Source of the DNA: a virus
Lineage: Duplodnaviria; Heunggongvirae; Uroviricota; Caudoviricetes
Direction: 5' to 3' (one strand)
Virus record (IMG/VR): IMGVR_UViG_2609460332_000008
Length of the DNA: 64,000 bases
The position numbers and the translations under genes are program-made. Shown in pieces: positions 18,998 through 28,131 of this stretch (the stretch's first letter is position 1; every line of letters begins with the position of its first letter). The notes under the pieces were generated by a model that saw nothing but the letters and a program-made list of their open reading frames with translations, was not told the origin of the DNA and did not search any database.

Positions 18998-20561
18998 GGC
19001 CGGTGTCCCCCAGCGCACGCGCCTTAAAGCACACCTCCGCCAGTTGCAGGGCAAAGTCGTCCGCGTTCAGCGTTTCCTGAAGCTCAGGCAGACGTTTCAG
19101 AAAGTCATCAAAACTGTCGCATTCCTGCGCCAGTGTCAGCACCGGGTTCGTGAACACCTCGCCGGTTTTCTGCCAGTCACGCAGGGCATCATCCACCATC
19201 AGCGCCAGTTCGTCGGAGTGTTCACGGTTCAGGGCGACGCGCTCGCGGTTCATCGCCACATCACCTGACATTCCGGCAGACACCGGATGCAGAACATCAG
19301 CCCCGTCGTCCGGTTCAGCCAGGCCGAACCGGTCCCGCAGCTCCGATTCCTGAACCCGCATCCCCCGGTCAATCAGCGGCACCAGAGCATCTGTCAGCGC
19401 CTTCAGATCTTCCGCTTCACTGATACGCAGAACAACACGGGGGTAGTGCGCCTGTGGCCCGTAGTTGGCCTCGATGTAGGGCCGCACCAGATATTCATTC
19501 AGCGTGTTAGCCAGCTGCCGCGCGTCCCAGCGCACAATGTCCATGCGCACCTGATTGTGCACGTCCGCCTGTGAACGCGAACTGCCGTTATCCGTGGTCA
19601 TGGTCTGCCCCAGCACAGCCTTACTGATTTGCGCATCACACCATTCCGCCATTTCACGGAACAGTGCGCCGCCGTTATTCCGGCTGGCGGTTTCCTTCAT
19701 TTCCAGTTGCATGGACTGCGGAATGGCACACCCGGCATCCGAGGCAATGGAAGCAATCGCATCAATCAGCACGCGGATTTGCTCCTCCGTGGCGTTGGGG
19801 CCGTATTTCCCCACTGTAACCGGAATGCCGAACTTTTCCGCAAATGCCCACCAGTCGCGCACGGTAAAGGATTTCAGCATGTACATCACCGCCACCAGAC
19901 GGGCCAGACCGTTACGCAGCGGCAGACCGGATTTCAGGCGCGGCTGGTGAACAATGAATTTTCCCGGTGTCAGCGGTACGCCATCCACCGGTTCATCGTC
20001 AGTCAGCAGGCGGAACTGGCGCAGCGTGGTTTTTTCGGCTTTCAGAAAACGGGGATCAACCCACTCATAATCACGGGGCATCCAGTGGTTTTTGTGGGTA
20101 TTCCACAGGATTTCACAGACCGCCACGCCTTTTCCCAGCCCGTCGAGCAAATCAAACATCAGTTCGGGGATTTGCGGGGCTTCCATCAGTGCACGGATGG
20201 CGTCCGCCAGTTGCACGTCAGCATCGTCATCACTGGCGGCCACCACCACCGGTTCGATACCCGCCACCGTCAGCTTGCGGGTGCGCAGCACCGAGGCGTA
20301 ATGCAAATCACGTTCTTCCATCTCTTCGGCAAGGATAAAAAAATCACGCGTGATGCCGTCGGCGGCATTGCGCAGAATGCCTGCCAGCCTGCCGGGATTC
20401 AGCCCGGAAGCAATGCTGATGCCCGGCGAGGCCGAACGTACGCCAGCCTGACGCGGGCGGGCCTGTGCTTCATTGAGCGCCTCTTTTTTCAGGGTGTCGC
20501 CCTCGCCGGTTGTCGGGTTCAGCAAATGACGAACATCCCCGGTCTGTTGTTTCAGGTTCAC
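18990..20561 (-). CDS. Portal protein (Mu H / gp29-like)
   Basis: 523-aa ORF downstream of the terminase large subunit gene. Confidence 0.7.
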   Translation of the reverse strand: MNLKQQTGDVRHLLNPTTGEGDTLKKEALNEAQARPRQAGVRSASPGISIASGLNPGRLAGILRNAADGITRDFFILAEEMEERDLHYASVLRTRKLTVAGIEPVVVAASDDDADVQLADAIRALMEAPQIPELMFDLLDGLGKGVAVCEILWNTHKNHWMPRDYEWVDPRFLKAEKTTLRQFRLLTDDEPVDGVPLTPGKFIVHQPRLKSGLPLRNGLARLVAVMYMLKSFTVRDWWAFAEKFGIPVTVGKYGPNATEEQIRVLIDAIASIASDAGCAIPQSMQLEMKETASRNNGGALFREMAEWCDAQISKAVLGQTMTTDNGSSRSQADVHNQVRMDIVRWDARQLANTLNEYLVRPYIEANYGPQAHYPRVVLRISEAEDLKALTDALVPLIDRGMRVQESELRDRFGLAEPDDGADVLHPVSAGMSGDVAMNRERVALNREHSDELALMVDDALRDWQKTGEVFTNPVLTLAQECDSFDDFLKRLPELQETLNADDFALQLAEVCFKARALGDTGHA

Positions 20562-22093
20562 AGTAAACCTCCCTCATTTTTCAGGCCGCGTGTCAGCTTC
20601 ATCTGGCGGCGCGTGTTGCCTTCTTCCGGTTTCGCCGGGCGGTTCAGGCGGTGCAGCTCGTAACGGTGGCAGTCATCCTTGCTGGCAAGGAAGCCCAGGA
20701 AAATGGCCACAGCGGCGTCGCCGTGACGCTTGCGGCCATCACTACCTTTAGTACGGGCATCGTCAATGCCGGGAACACCACGCAGTAACTGAATGGCCCC
20801 GAGGTCATTGATCACGTCTTCATGCTTCGGAAGGATCAGCTCATCATCTTCAAACGCTGCACGGAAACGGGGCATGTTTTCGCGGTAGAACGCCACGGAC
20901 AGCATCACCTGTTCCACCTCATCGCCGTACCGCTCCGCCGCCTGTTCTGCCAGATACTGACCATTCCCCCGTGCATCCATTTTGATACCGTCACGACGGG
21001 GCAGACGATCGCAAAGCCAGAACAGCACCTGCTCCTGCTGTTTAAACGGCACATTGCCAAGCTCAACCAGGAACGGCACCTCGCGGGTGGTGTCATCGTT
21101 CACCGTCACCGGGGCCAGTACGGTCAGGTCACCCGAACGCGCAAAGTCTTCCCCCAGACAGTGGCGCAGGTTCTTCGGGAGTTTTTCCAGCTCGGGACGC
21201 ACCACTGTTTCCAGCCATTCCCGGATATCTGCCCGGCGCTGACTTTCCGTCAGTGCGTTAAATTCCGGTGTGCCGGTAAAGCGCAACACTTTTCCGGTGC
21301 CACGGGCCGCACGTTCACGCAGTGAGCGGGGGATATACGTGCCGCCGCCGTTTTTCGGGACGCAGTAATATTCCTCCAGGGCGTCTTCGCGGGTGGCGGT
21401 ATTTCGCAGCAGGCCTTCTTTCCATTCCGCTTCGGCTTCCGGTGACCACACCATGCCGCGCACCTGACAGATACGCCGGTACAGCCCGTCATTGCAGGCG
21501 TCATCCAGCGTGATGGTGTGAATGCGGTAATCCCGTTTTCCTGCGCGGCTTTCCAGAATCAGCTGGTTAAACAGGTTGTCCACGCCGTCATGGGTGGAAA
21601 TAAGGCGAATTTTTCCGCCCCATGTTTTCAGCGGCAGCACAGCCTTCAGCAGCTCGTCCAGTTTTTCATGGAACGCGGCCTCGTCGATGGTGACATTCCC
21701 CTGCATCCCGCGAATGTTGCTCGGGTTGCTGGACAGTGCCTTGACCTTAAAACCGCTGGCGAAGTACACGACGAACGTCAGAATGTCCTTGTCTTCGTCG
21801 GTGATCACTTCCTCGCAGATTTCTTCCGCTGCCGCATTAAACGCTTTCGCCCACATCGCCACGGCGTCGATAAATTCGCGGGCCATCTCCTTATTCGAAC
21901 CGATATAAAAGTGATCGCGCCCGCCGAATTCCTTCTTCAGTGATGCAGTCAGTGCCGCATCTGCCGCCTCCGCCCAGGTTAAACCGGTACGGCGGGATTT
22001 CTCGGCGATTTTCAGGTCGGCATCATCCGCCACCCAGCGTTTCTGATACGGCAGCAGAACATCGGATTCACTGAACGTGTTCATCTGTGTCAT
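20558..22093 (-). CDS. Terminase large subunit (Mu gp28-like)
   Basis: 511-aa ORF upstream of the portal gene. Confidence 0.7.
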   Translation of the reverse strand: MTQMNTFSESDVLLPYQKRWVADDADLKIAEKSRRTGLTWAEAADAALTASLKKEFGGRDHFYIGSNKEMAREFIDAVAMWAKAFNAAAEEICEEVITDEDKDILTFVVYFASGFKVKALSSNPSNIRGMQGNVTIDEAAFHEKLDELLKAVLPLKTWGGKIRLISTHDGVDNLFNQLILESRAGKRDYRIHTITLDDACNDGLYRRICQVRGMVWSPEAEAEWKEGLLRNTATREDALEEYYCVPKNGGGTYIPRSLRERAARGTGKVLRFTGTPEFNALTESQRRADIREWLETVVRPELEKLPKNLRHCLGEDFARSGDLTVLAPVTVNDDTTREVPFLVELGNVPFKQQEQVLFWLCDRLPRRDGIKMDARGNGQYLAEQAAERYGDEVEQVMLSVAFYRENMPRFRAAFEDDELILPKHEDVINDLGAIQLLRGVPGIDDARTKGSDGRKRHGDAAVAIFLGFLASKDDCHRYELHRLNRPAKPEEGNTRRQMKLTRGLKNEGGLL

Positions 22094-22692
22094 GCGCTAA
22101 TCCCCAGAAGTTCACGTTTGATGGTGTCAGCCGCACCGCCTGACAGACCGCCCGTTCTGACCAGTTCTTCGGTTTTCTCTGCCATCTCCTGCGCAAACGC
22201 ATCGCGGATCGCTTTCTCGCGTTTATGGCTGGTCATGGCTGCCGCTTCCAGACGTTGGGCAACCAGCGCCAGTTGGCCCAGCGCCTTCGGTGCAACAGGT
22301 TTGTCATCTTCTGCCATCGACATGGACGTTTCAAAGGCCAGCGTTTTTACAAACTCCATCAGCAGCTTGCCGACGTCTGACGTCGGCGCGGAACCCAGCT
22401 TTGCCGCCCAGACTTCGGCCATTTCGCGGGAGGCGCGGATTTTGGCCCCGACTTTTTCCATGCGGATGGCATAGCGGTTTAAGCCCGTCCGGCTTAACTG
22501 CATCTCTTCCGGCAGGTTATGTTCGTCAATCAGGGCGTTGATGGCTTCGCGGATTTCTTCCTGTGTGTGCCGCTTTTCCCGCAGCATCTGATGCAACTGC
22601 TCCCGGATGCTGTCCGGGAGTAAATCCACTTTGGAAAGACGGCCACGGGTGGGGCGTTGTTCATTTTCCATGTGTGCCCTCCTGTTGCTCAC
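22090..22692 (-). CDS. Terminase small subunit-like DNA-binding protein (Mu gp27-like)
   Basis: 200-aa basic/acidic ORF overlapping the terminase large subunit start. Confidence 0.55.
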   Translation of the reverse strand: MSNRRAHMENEQRPTRGRLSKVDLLPDSIREQLHQMLREKRHTQEEIREAINALIDEHNLPEEMQLSRTGLNRYAIRMEKVGAKIRASREMAEVWAAKLGSAPTSDVGKLLMEFVKTLAFETSMSMAEDDKPVAPKALGQLALVAQRLEAAAMTSHKREKAIRDAFAQEMAEKTEELVRTGGLSGGAADTIKRELLGISA

Positions 22693-22808
22693 TACGCTGT
22701 GAACTTTCGTATGCAGATTTCAGCGCGCCACTCTGGATTTCACGCCATGTCAGGTTGTGCGCCAGACGGCGGAGTTCATCACGGGACGCTTTACTTATCG
22801 GATTCTTT

Positions 22809-23108
22809 TTACGGTTCACGACGGCCCCCGTCTTCAGTTCCCGGTGTTTTCAGACCGGCGTATATTTCTTCGCGAACGGAGCGGATATCCTTACCCAGCA
22901 GCTTCCACAGCCGCGCACATGCCGGTGATGAACGCAGGGCACGTTTCATGGGGGTATCCGGTGCATCCGGGTTCCAGGGCTTTCCGGTCTGTTGTTCGTA
23001 TGCACGGACAATGGCGTTTTGCTCAATATCTGCCAGCACAAGGCAGTACGCCAGTTGCCGCACGACGGCCCGTTCTCCGCGACTTAACGGCTTCAGTTTT
23101 CGGGCCAT
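22809..23108 (-). CDS. Hypothetical protein (99 aa)
   Basis: ORF in the late region between lysis genes and terminase; no recognisable motif. Confidence 0.4.
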   Translation of the reverse strand: MARKLKPLSRGERAVVRQLAYCLVLADIEQNAIVRAYEQQTGKPWNPDAPDTPMKRALRSSPACARLWKLLGKDIRSVREEIYAGLKTPGTEDGGRREP

Positions 23109-23110
23109 GC

Positions 23111-23404
23111 TCAGTCCCTCGCACGGGGTTTTTTAACGCCCGGAACGCTGGACAGGCCGTTTGCCACATCCTCGCCGCTGCCGGTGATTTCAGCCACGTA
23201 ACAGCCGCCCACATCAGACAGACGAACCAGCCCCTGCTCGCGCAGCCATGCAAGCTGGGTGCGCACCACATCACGGGATACCTTATGACCGTAGGCCTGA
23301 AGGCAGGTCTGCAACACGGATTCATTCGCGCTGTCGCCACAGTCCAGCAGGGAACGCAGCAACACAAGACGACGGTCTTCAGTGAGGATCTCTTTCATCG
23401 CCAT
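23111..23404 (-). CDS. Hypothetical protein (97 aa)
   Basis: ORF tightly packed with neighbours. Confidence 0.4.
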   Translation of the reverse strand: MAMKEILTEDRRLVLLRSLLDCGDSANESVLQTCLQAYGHKVSRDVVRTQLAWLREQGLVRLSDVGGCYVAEITGSGEDVANGLSSVPGVKKPRARD

Positions 23405-23709
23405 TATTTTTTTTCCTTTAACTCGTTCTCTAATAACAAATCGCTGATGCGGGATACCTGGCGGATGGATGGCCCCAGCTCTTTGATTTCTCCCCGCAGG
23501 TTGCTGATATCCAGTTGCAGGCGGTGGAACTCATCACGGTCGGGTAAATGGTGTACCTGGCTTTCCATCACCGACATGCGGGAACGGAGTGAATCAAACT
23601 CTTCGCGTTTGACGTAGGTTTTCGCCAGAATCAGCTGAAGCAGGTTTATTCCTGTCATCAGCAATGCCCACAGAATGGGCCAGTTGGCTCTGATCATTTC
23701 CCAGGACAC
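23404..23709 (-). CDS. Membrane-anchored coiled-coil protein (101 aa), possible lysis accessory protein
   Basis: N-terminal hydrophobic segment WPILWALLMTGINLLQLILA followed by a charged coiled-coil region. Confidence 0.4.
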   Translation of the reverse strand: MSWEMIRANWPILWALLMTGINLLQLILAKTYVKREEFDSLRSRMSVMESQVHHLPDRDEFHRLQLDISNLRGEIKELGPSIRQVSRISDLLLENELKEKK

Positions 23710-23921
23710 GTTTTCCTCCTGCGTTCCCGCATCTGCTGACAGTCAATACAGGTCACCACATCCGGCAGCGCCGCAAGGCGCTGTGCCGGAATAACGTTCC
23801 CGCAGTCATTGCAGAAGCCCCGGCTGTGGGGCGCTTCTTTTGCCCGCGTCTGCCAGGCTTTAACGACGCTCTGACGCTCGTTCAGAACCACTTCACTGAT
23901 GCGGTCGATTTCGTCGGTCAT
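23694..23921 (-). CDS. TraR/DksA-family C4 zinc-finger protein (75 aa)
   Basis: CNDCGNVIP...CIDCQ four-cysteine motif in a small basic protein. Confidence 0.6.
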   Translation of the reverse strand: MTDEIDRISEVVLNERQSVVKAWQTRAKEAPHSRGFCNDCGNVIPAQRLAALPDVVTCIDCQQMRERRRKTCPGK

Positions 23922-24526
23922 TTCGGCCCCGCAGACATTTTGTGACGGCTCGATTTGCTGTAACGGGCAAAACCGTCAAGGGTTCTTACGCCGAGATAGC
24001 CCAGCGCCGGGGTAAGCAACATCAGCGTGATATCCCAGTCCGGTGACGGCATATGCAGCGAGATACCTCTGGCACAGGCAATGGCTCCGGCAATCTGGCC
24101 GCAGGAGAGCAACAGCACATAGGCCAGACTGCTGTAACAGGAAAGGCGGGCCAGCAGCGGGCGCGTCTGGCGCACATAGCTGTCCGTGGCGTTGTCACCA
24201 TTGCGGATGGTTTCCTGCTGTTCGTGGTGTGCGGCCTGCTGGTCAGCCAGCACCAGCTTCTGCCGTTCCACCTCCAGCTGTTGCAGCTGAATTTTCAGGG
24301 TTTCCAGTTGCACCAGTTGCTCCGGTGACAGCATCACCAGTTTTTGTTCCAGAATGCGTTGCTGTTCAGCAACGGGAAGGCTTTCCCGGACGCTTTCCAC
24401 CATACCGGCCACCGAGTCAGCGGCGGCAGATGTACTGCCACCAAACCAGCGCCCGACGGAACGAATCAGCCCCGGCCCGGCTTTCAGCAGAACAGAGGCG
24501 ATGCCTGAAAGGGTTAACGGATCCAC
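23918..24526 (-). CDS. Lysis-associated membrane protein with central coiled coil and C-terminal transmembrane segments (203 aa, GTG start)
   Basis: GTG at 24524-24526 preceded by GGAGG; coiled-coil LEQKLVMLSPEQLVQLETLKIQLQQLEVERQKL; two C-terminal hydrophobic segments. Confidence 0.45.
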   Translation of the reverse strand: MDPLTLSGIASVLLKAGPGLIRSVGRWFGGSTSAAADSVAGMVESVRESLPVAEQQRILEQKLVMLSPEQLVQLETLKIQLQQLEVERQKLVLADQQAAHHEQQETIRNGDNATDSYVRQTRPLLARLSCYSSLAYVLLLSCGQIAGAIACARGISLHMPSPDWDITLMLLTPALGYLGVRTLDGFARYSKSSRHKMSAGPK

Positions 24527-24939
24527 GGGAAACCTCCATACAGATAACGCTGAAGACAGAGCAGACCGCCGCAACTGCCACCACACAGCCAGAACACCGG
24601 ATGCACCGGTGACATCATCATCAGCGTGCTGAAGACGCAGCAGAAATATCCCAGCGCCCAGACCACCCATGACCACACGATGATGTGGCGACCAAAAGCC
24701 CGGTAACGGACCTCAGGCAGCAGGCGAAATGGCACATTCCCGAGGCTTGCGCTGTATGAAAACAACACCACCCCGGCAAAGGACAACAACATCAACACGA
24801 ACGATCGCCAGCCACATAACATGCTGATGATGAACATGCAGAGTGTCAGTCCGGCCAGCGGCCATGGGGTTCTCATCAGTCGGGAACAAAGCAGCCAGTC
24901 ACACAGTTTTAAAATTTTGTTCATTACCTTTTTCCACAT
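24514..24939 (-). CDS. Multi-pass membrane protein (start uncertain; may begin at a later Met near 24876)
   Basis: Strongly hydrophobic segments (LTLCMFIISMLCGW, VLMLLSFAGVVLFSY, VVWALGYFCCVFSTLMMM); N-terminal part of the long ORF is probably not coding. Confidence 0.45.
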   Translation of the reverse strand: MWKKVMNKILKLCDWLLCSRLMRTPWPLAGLTLCMFIISMLCGWRSFVLMLLSFAGVVLFSYSASLGNVPFRLLPEVRYRAFGRHIIVWSWVVWALGYFCCVFSTLMMMSPVHPVFWLCGGSCGGLLCLQRYLYGGFPWIR

Positions 24940-25150
24940 TGAATTTTTCCCTGTACTTCTGGCACTGCCAGAAAATGTCCCGTGTATCCACGGAGTTCCA
25001 GCCACGCATGTAGTAGCTGGCGTGTGTGCCGTCATGGCCGGTATAGTCCAGCGGTTTCGGGGGCGGACCTCCGGCCATGCGGTGCAGAACCTCCTGACGC
25101 AGGCGGTCACGCCGCCCGGCTTTCAGTGAGGCATCCCAGCCTTTGCCCAT
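24899..25150 (-). CDS. Hypothetical protein (83 aa) immediately downstream of the lysozyme-like gene
   Basis: ATG adjacent to the upstream stop; Trp/Tyr-containing soluble-type sequence. Confidence 0.4.
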   Translation of the reverse strand: MGKGWDASLKAGRRDRLRQEVLHRMAGGPPPKPLDYTGHDGTHASYYMRGWNSVDTRDIFWQCQKYREKFNVEKGNEQNFKTV

Positions 25151-25151
25151 A

Positions 25152-25748
25152 TCACCCCCGCGTGGCGGACATGATGCCCAGAGGGGTATCGATGATTTCC
25201 AGACAGGCGTCGGTCAGTTTTTCCATGCGGTTAAACCAGCCGTTCAGGTATTTACCCTGGGCGGGTTTTGACTTGATGATGTCGGCATAAAAGCGGGAAC
25301 GACGGACAATGCAGCGGGCCAGCAACCAGTCCGGGGTGAACAGACTCACGGCCTTACGGGTACGTGGGCCGATGATGCCGTCAGCATCCACATCAGCGGC
25401 TTCCTGCAAAATTTTGATGGCTTTTTTAACGCCATGCTGAACCGCTGCATCGAACACAAACATCGCCACGCCATCAGGCCACTGGTCACATCCGGCAGGC
25501 AGCCAGTAATCGCGCCAGTAAATCTGCGCGACCTGTTCGCGGGTTAAATCCTTAATGCGGGTATCCGGTTTGCCGTCGCCGTTGACATCGGTTTTGCCGT
25601 CAATCACACCGTCGCGGCGGTCAGAAATGCCGTATTTGGTTTCGCCGCCACGGTCAGTGGGGTCATTGACATAGACGCCTTCGATATCGGGACGCAGAAT
25701 GAAATTCAGCGCATGCTCAAAGGCCGGGGAGAATTTTTGATTTTCCAT
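25152..25748 (-). CDS. Peptidoglycan hydrolase, GH108-like lysozyme with peptidoglycan-binding C-terminus (putative endolysin)
   Basis: Motif EGVYVNDPTDRGGETKYGIS typical of the GH108 muramidase family; first gene after the early-operon terminator. Confidence 0.6.
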   Translation of the reverse strand: MENQKFSPAFEHALNFILRPDIEGVYVNDPTDRGGETKYGISDRRDGVIDGKTDVNGDGKPDTRIKDLTREQVAQIYWRDYWLPAGCDQWPDGVAMFVFDAAVQHGVKKAIKILQEAADVDADGIIGPRTRKAVSLFTPDWLLARCIVRRSRFYADIIKSKPAQGKYLNGWFNRMEKLTDACLEIIDTPLGIMSATRG

Positions 25749-25803
25749 AAAAGCACCTGTGAAGCAGATTTAAACGTGGTCTGCTTCATGGTGCCGGAGG
25801 CAT

Positions 25804-25825
25804 AAAAAAAGCCGGATTTACCGGC
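25804..25825 (-). terminator. Rho-independent terminator at the end of the early operon
   Basis: Minus-strand hairpin GCCGG-TAAAT-CCGGC followed by U7, directly after the Mor/C-like gene stop. Confidence 0.65.
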
Positions 25826-25833
25826 TTCATTGA

Positions 25834-26283
25834 TTAAGGGCGTCGTGGCGGACGACGAACGGGGTGAGGCAGGTTCGGGGAGGGGTAAAACAAATCCGGC
25901 TGGTATTTATTGCGCTCCAGACGTCGCATCCGTTTGATGGCCTTGTAGACGGTTTTATACGTCACCCCGTAACGCTGAACCAGTTCAGGAATATTATGGC
26001 CGTTAAAATCACGCCAGATACGCATATCCCGGACAAGATTCTCCAGAATATTCCCCCTCGGAACATAAACCTGCATCCCGCCGATATGGCGACAAATCGC
26101 CACAACCAGCTCAAGGGAATGGGCAGGGTCTGCACCAATCCGGGCCAGTTCTTTACGCAGCAGTGCGTTCAGTTCAGAAAGTAACGCCGGATAAGCGGTG
26201 TTTTCCTGGTAATCATGAAGATATTCCAGAACGCTGTCGTCCCGAAGGTCTTCGAATAAATCCTGCTCTTTCATCTGTTTCAT
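25834..26283 (-). CDS. Mor/C-family transcriptional activator (149 aa)
   Basis: C-terminal region IWRDFNGHNIPELVQRYGVTYKTVYKAIKRMRR resembles the Mor/C helix-turn-helix region; ATGA start/stop overlap with gemA. Confidence 0.65.
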   Translation of the reverse strand: MKQMKEQDLFEDLRDDSVLEYLHDYQENTAYPALLSELNALLRKELARIGADPAHSLELVVAICRHIGGMQVYVPRGNILENLVRDMRIWRDFNGHNIPELVQRYGVTYKTVYKAIKRMRRLERNKYQPDLFYPSPNLPHPVRRPPRRP

Positions 26284-26831
26284 ACAGCAATTCTCCCGCT
26301 GTTTCGTGCGCGGGCATACGCACTGGTCAGTGCATCATAGCCGCGCAGCTCCCGCCCGGTTTCGCTCACAGGTAAAGGCACACCATGTCGGGCAAAGGCT
26401 TCCCGGATGCAGCGCATATGCCACTGTTTGAGCGTTTCGAGCACAATCTGCAACGATTCCCCGTGACACCATGCCAGCGTGGAAACACCCTGACCGCCAT
26501 TACGTCTGGCCGTCAGGCGTTCAACGTATTTGTCCAGCGCGGCGTCGCTGATATCGGAAACGAAACCATCAAGGAACATCTGCTGCCAGATTTTGTAAAT
26601 CTTCTCGCGCGGTGTGACATGCCCCTTAAAGCGACGGCGGGGATGTTTTTTCTGCTTCTTAAAACCGCGCTCTTTCATGGCATCGAGCACCTGTTCCAGT
26701 TGTGCGACAGTCAGCTCGCGGCAACTGGTCTTGCCTGTGCACTGCACCAGAAAGGCGCGGTAAGTGTCATCGTCGAGTTGTAGATCACGACGGGCGACAT
26801 GAATTAATTTAATCAGGGATGTGCGATTCAT
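26280..26831 (-). CDS. gemA: GemA-like protein (Mu gp16 family)
   Basis: MNRTSLIKLIHVARRDLQLDDDTYRAFLVQCTGK... in the gemA position ahead of the Mor/C-family gene; identity assigned from recollection, so the symbol is tentative; start at ATG 26829-26831 with GGAGG upstream. Confidence 0.55.
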   Translation of the reverse strand: MNRTSLIKLIHVARRDLQLDDDTYRAFLVQCTGKTSCRELTVAQLEQVLDAMKERGFKKQKKHPRRRFKGHVTPREKIYKIWQQMFLDGFVSDISDAALDKYVERLTARRNGGQGVSTLAWCHGESLQIVLETLKQWHMRCIREAFARHGVPLPVSETGRELRGYDALTSAYARARNSGRIAV

Positions 26832-26904
26832 TATCGTACCTCCAGAAAAGGGGGCGGTGCGGCAACACCGCCAGAATCCACTCACTAAACAGAGGAAGCT
26901 TTTT

Positions 26905-27171
26905 ATGAAAAACAGTGAACAACCTTATGATGTTGCAGGGTATACCATTGCCTCAAGGTTGCTGATACTCCTTGTCAGAAAGGGGCTGATTACCGCAGAG
27001 GAAGGAAAAACAATCCTCAAATCCGCTGCAGTCGTAGCTGCAGAGGCTCCGGTATTGAGAACAACGAATGATTCCGCCCTGCAAATATCGCAGCTAATCA
27101 CTGAAACCATCAGTTTGTTAGACCAAGATCCTGATGAATATCAAAAGCCTCAGCCATCTGAGCATCCGTAA
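26905..27171 (+). CDS. Candidate opposite-strand small protein (88 aa) in a gap of the Mu early operon
   Basis: ATG at 26905 preceded by AGGAAG at 8-nt spacing; protein-like composition; competes with a 61-aa minus-strand ORF (26925..27110). Confidence 0.3.
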   Translation: MKNSEQPYDVAGYTIASRLLILLVRKGLITAEEGKTILKSAAVVAAEAPVLRTTNDSALQISQLITETISLLDQDPDEYQKPQPSEHP

Positions 27172-27424
27172 GAATATCTTTATTTGATAGCCCCAGCCTG
27201 CGACGAATGTATTCCTCGCGGGCTGCTTCATTTTGTAGCGCCACGGCAGCTTCCACCTGGTTCATTTCACGGTTAATAATGCTCCGGACTTCTCTGGCGG
27301 TGAGGTCATGCTCAATACCATATTTAACGATATCGTGCATACGTTCCAGCATCTTTAAATTAGCCATGACGCCATCAATATCAACTGGTGTGAATTTCAT
27401 TTCTTTATTCTCTGGTTTATTCAT
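27110..27424 (-). CDS. Hypothetical early-region protein (about 105 aa)
   Basis: ORF in the semi-essential early region; start placed at internal Met MNKPENKEMKF. Confidence 0.4.
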   Translation of the reverse strand: MNKPENKEMKFTPVDIDGVMANLKMLERMHDIVKYGIEHDLTAREVRSIINREMNQVEAAVALQNEAAREEYIRRRLGLSNKDILTDAQMAEAFDIHQDLGLTN

Positions 27425-27599
27425 TTCGTAATACCTCTTCGCAATAAAAGATTTCACTGGGATAACGTTTTTGTATGCGCTCCATCACCTGCATACATGC
27501 CTGTTCTGTGGGCCAGATTTTTTCCGTTACCGGAATGGCATCGCAGGCATCATTCCCACAGGTGCCAACCAGCAGGACAAAGCCAATTGACTTAATCAT
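27417..27599 (-). CDS. Small putative lipoprotein (about 60 aa)
   Basis: MIKSIGFVLLVGTCGNDAC signal peptide with a lipobox-like LVGTC. Confidence 0.4.
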   Translation of the reverse strand: MIKSIGFVLLVGTCGNDACDAIPVTEKIWPTEQACMQVMERIQKRYPSEIFYCEEVLRNE

Positions 27600-28131
27600 G
27601 CTCGCTGATTTCCTGTGTTTCCGCCGGAACCGGTGAATAATCAAGAATGAGATAGCGCAGGACGTGGTCGGTGATATTCCAGCCACTGGAACCACAAATA
27701 AAGCGCCCCAGCCGGATATCGATATACGCCATCACAAAACGGGGCATCCCCTGTTTGCACATCTCGTCATCCACTTCAGCAACGATGTAAACCGACTCGC
27801 AGGTCAGTACGCCTGTCGCAAATTCTTTTGCCAGTGCCGGAATTGCATTGCCTTCCAGCCAGGGCAAAGAGCGGCGGAACGCACACCATTGAGCATCATC
27901 AACAGCGGGGTGCTCCGTTGCGTTTCGTCTTACAGGAGGCGTCGGACGAGGGCGCGGAACATCATAAAATCCGTTGCATTCTGTCAGCATTCCGGCATCA
28001 ACCGCATCACGCAGGAAATACACCATTGACGAGGGAGGCATCTTCATTTTTTCAGCCAGAACGCCACAGGTCAGACGCCCGTAAGCCCGTAATAATGTGC
28101 TGACACCGTTCAGAACTTTTGCATCAACCAT
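27592..28131 (-). CDS. Hypothetical early-region protein (179 aa)
   Basis: ORF downstream of gam in the early operon. Confidence 0.45.
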   Translation of the reverse strand: MVDAKVLNGVSTLLRAYGRLTCGVLAEKMKMPPSSMVYFLRDAVDAGMLTECNGFYDVPRPRPTPPVRRNATEHPAVDDAQWCAFRRSLPWLEGNAIPALAKEFATGVLTCESVYIVAEVDDEMCKQGMPRFVMAYIDIRLGRFICGSSGWNITDHVLRYLILDYSPVPAETQEISEHD

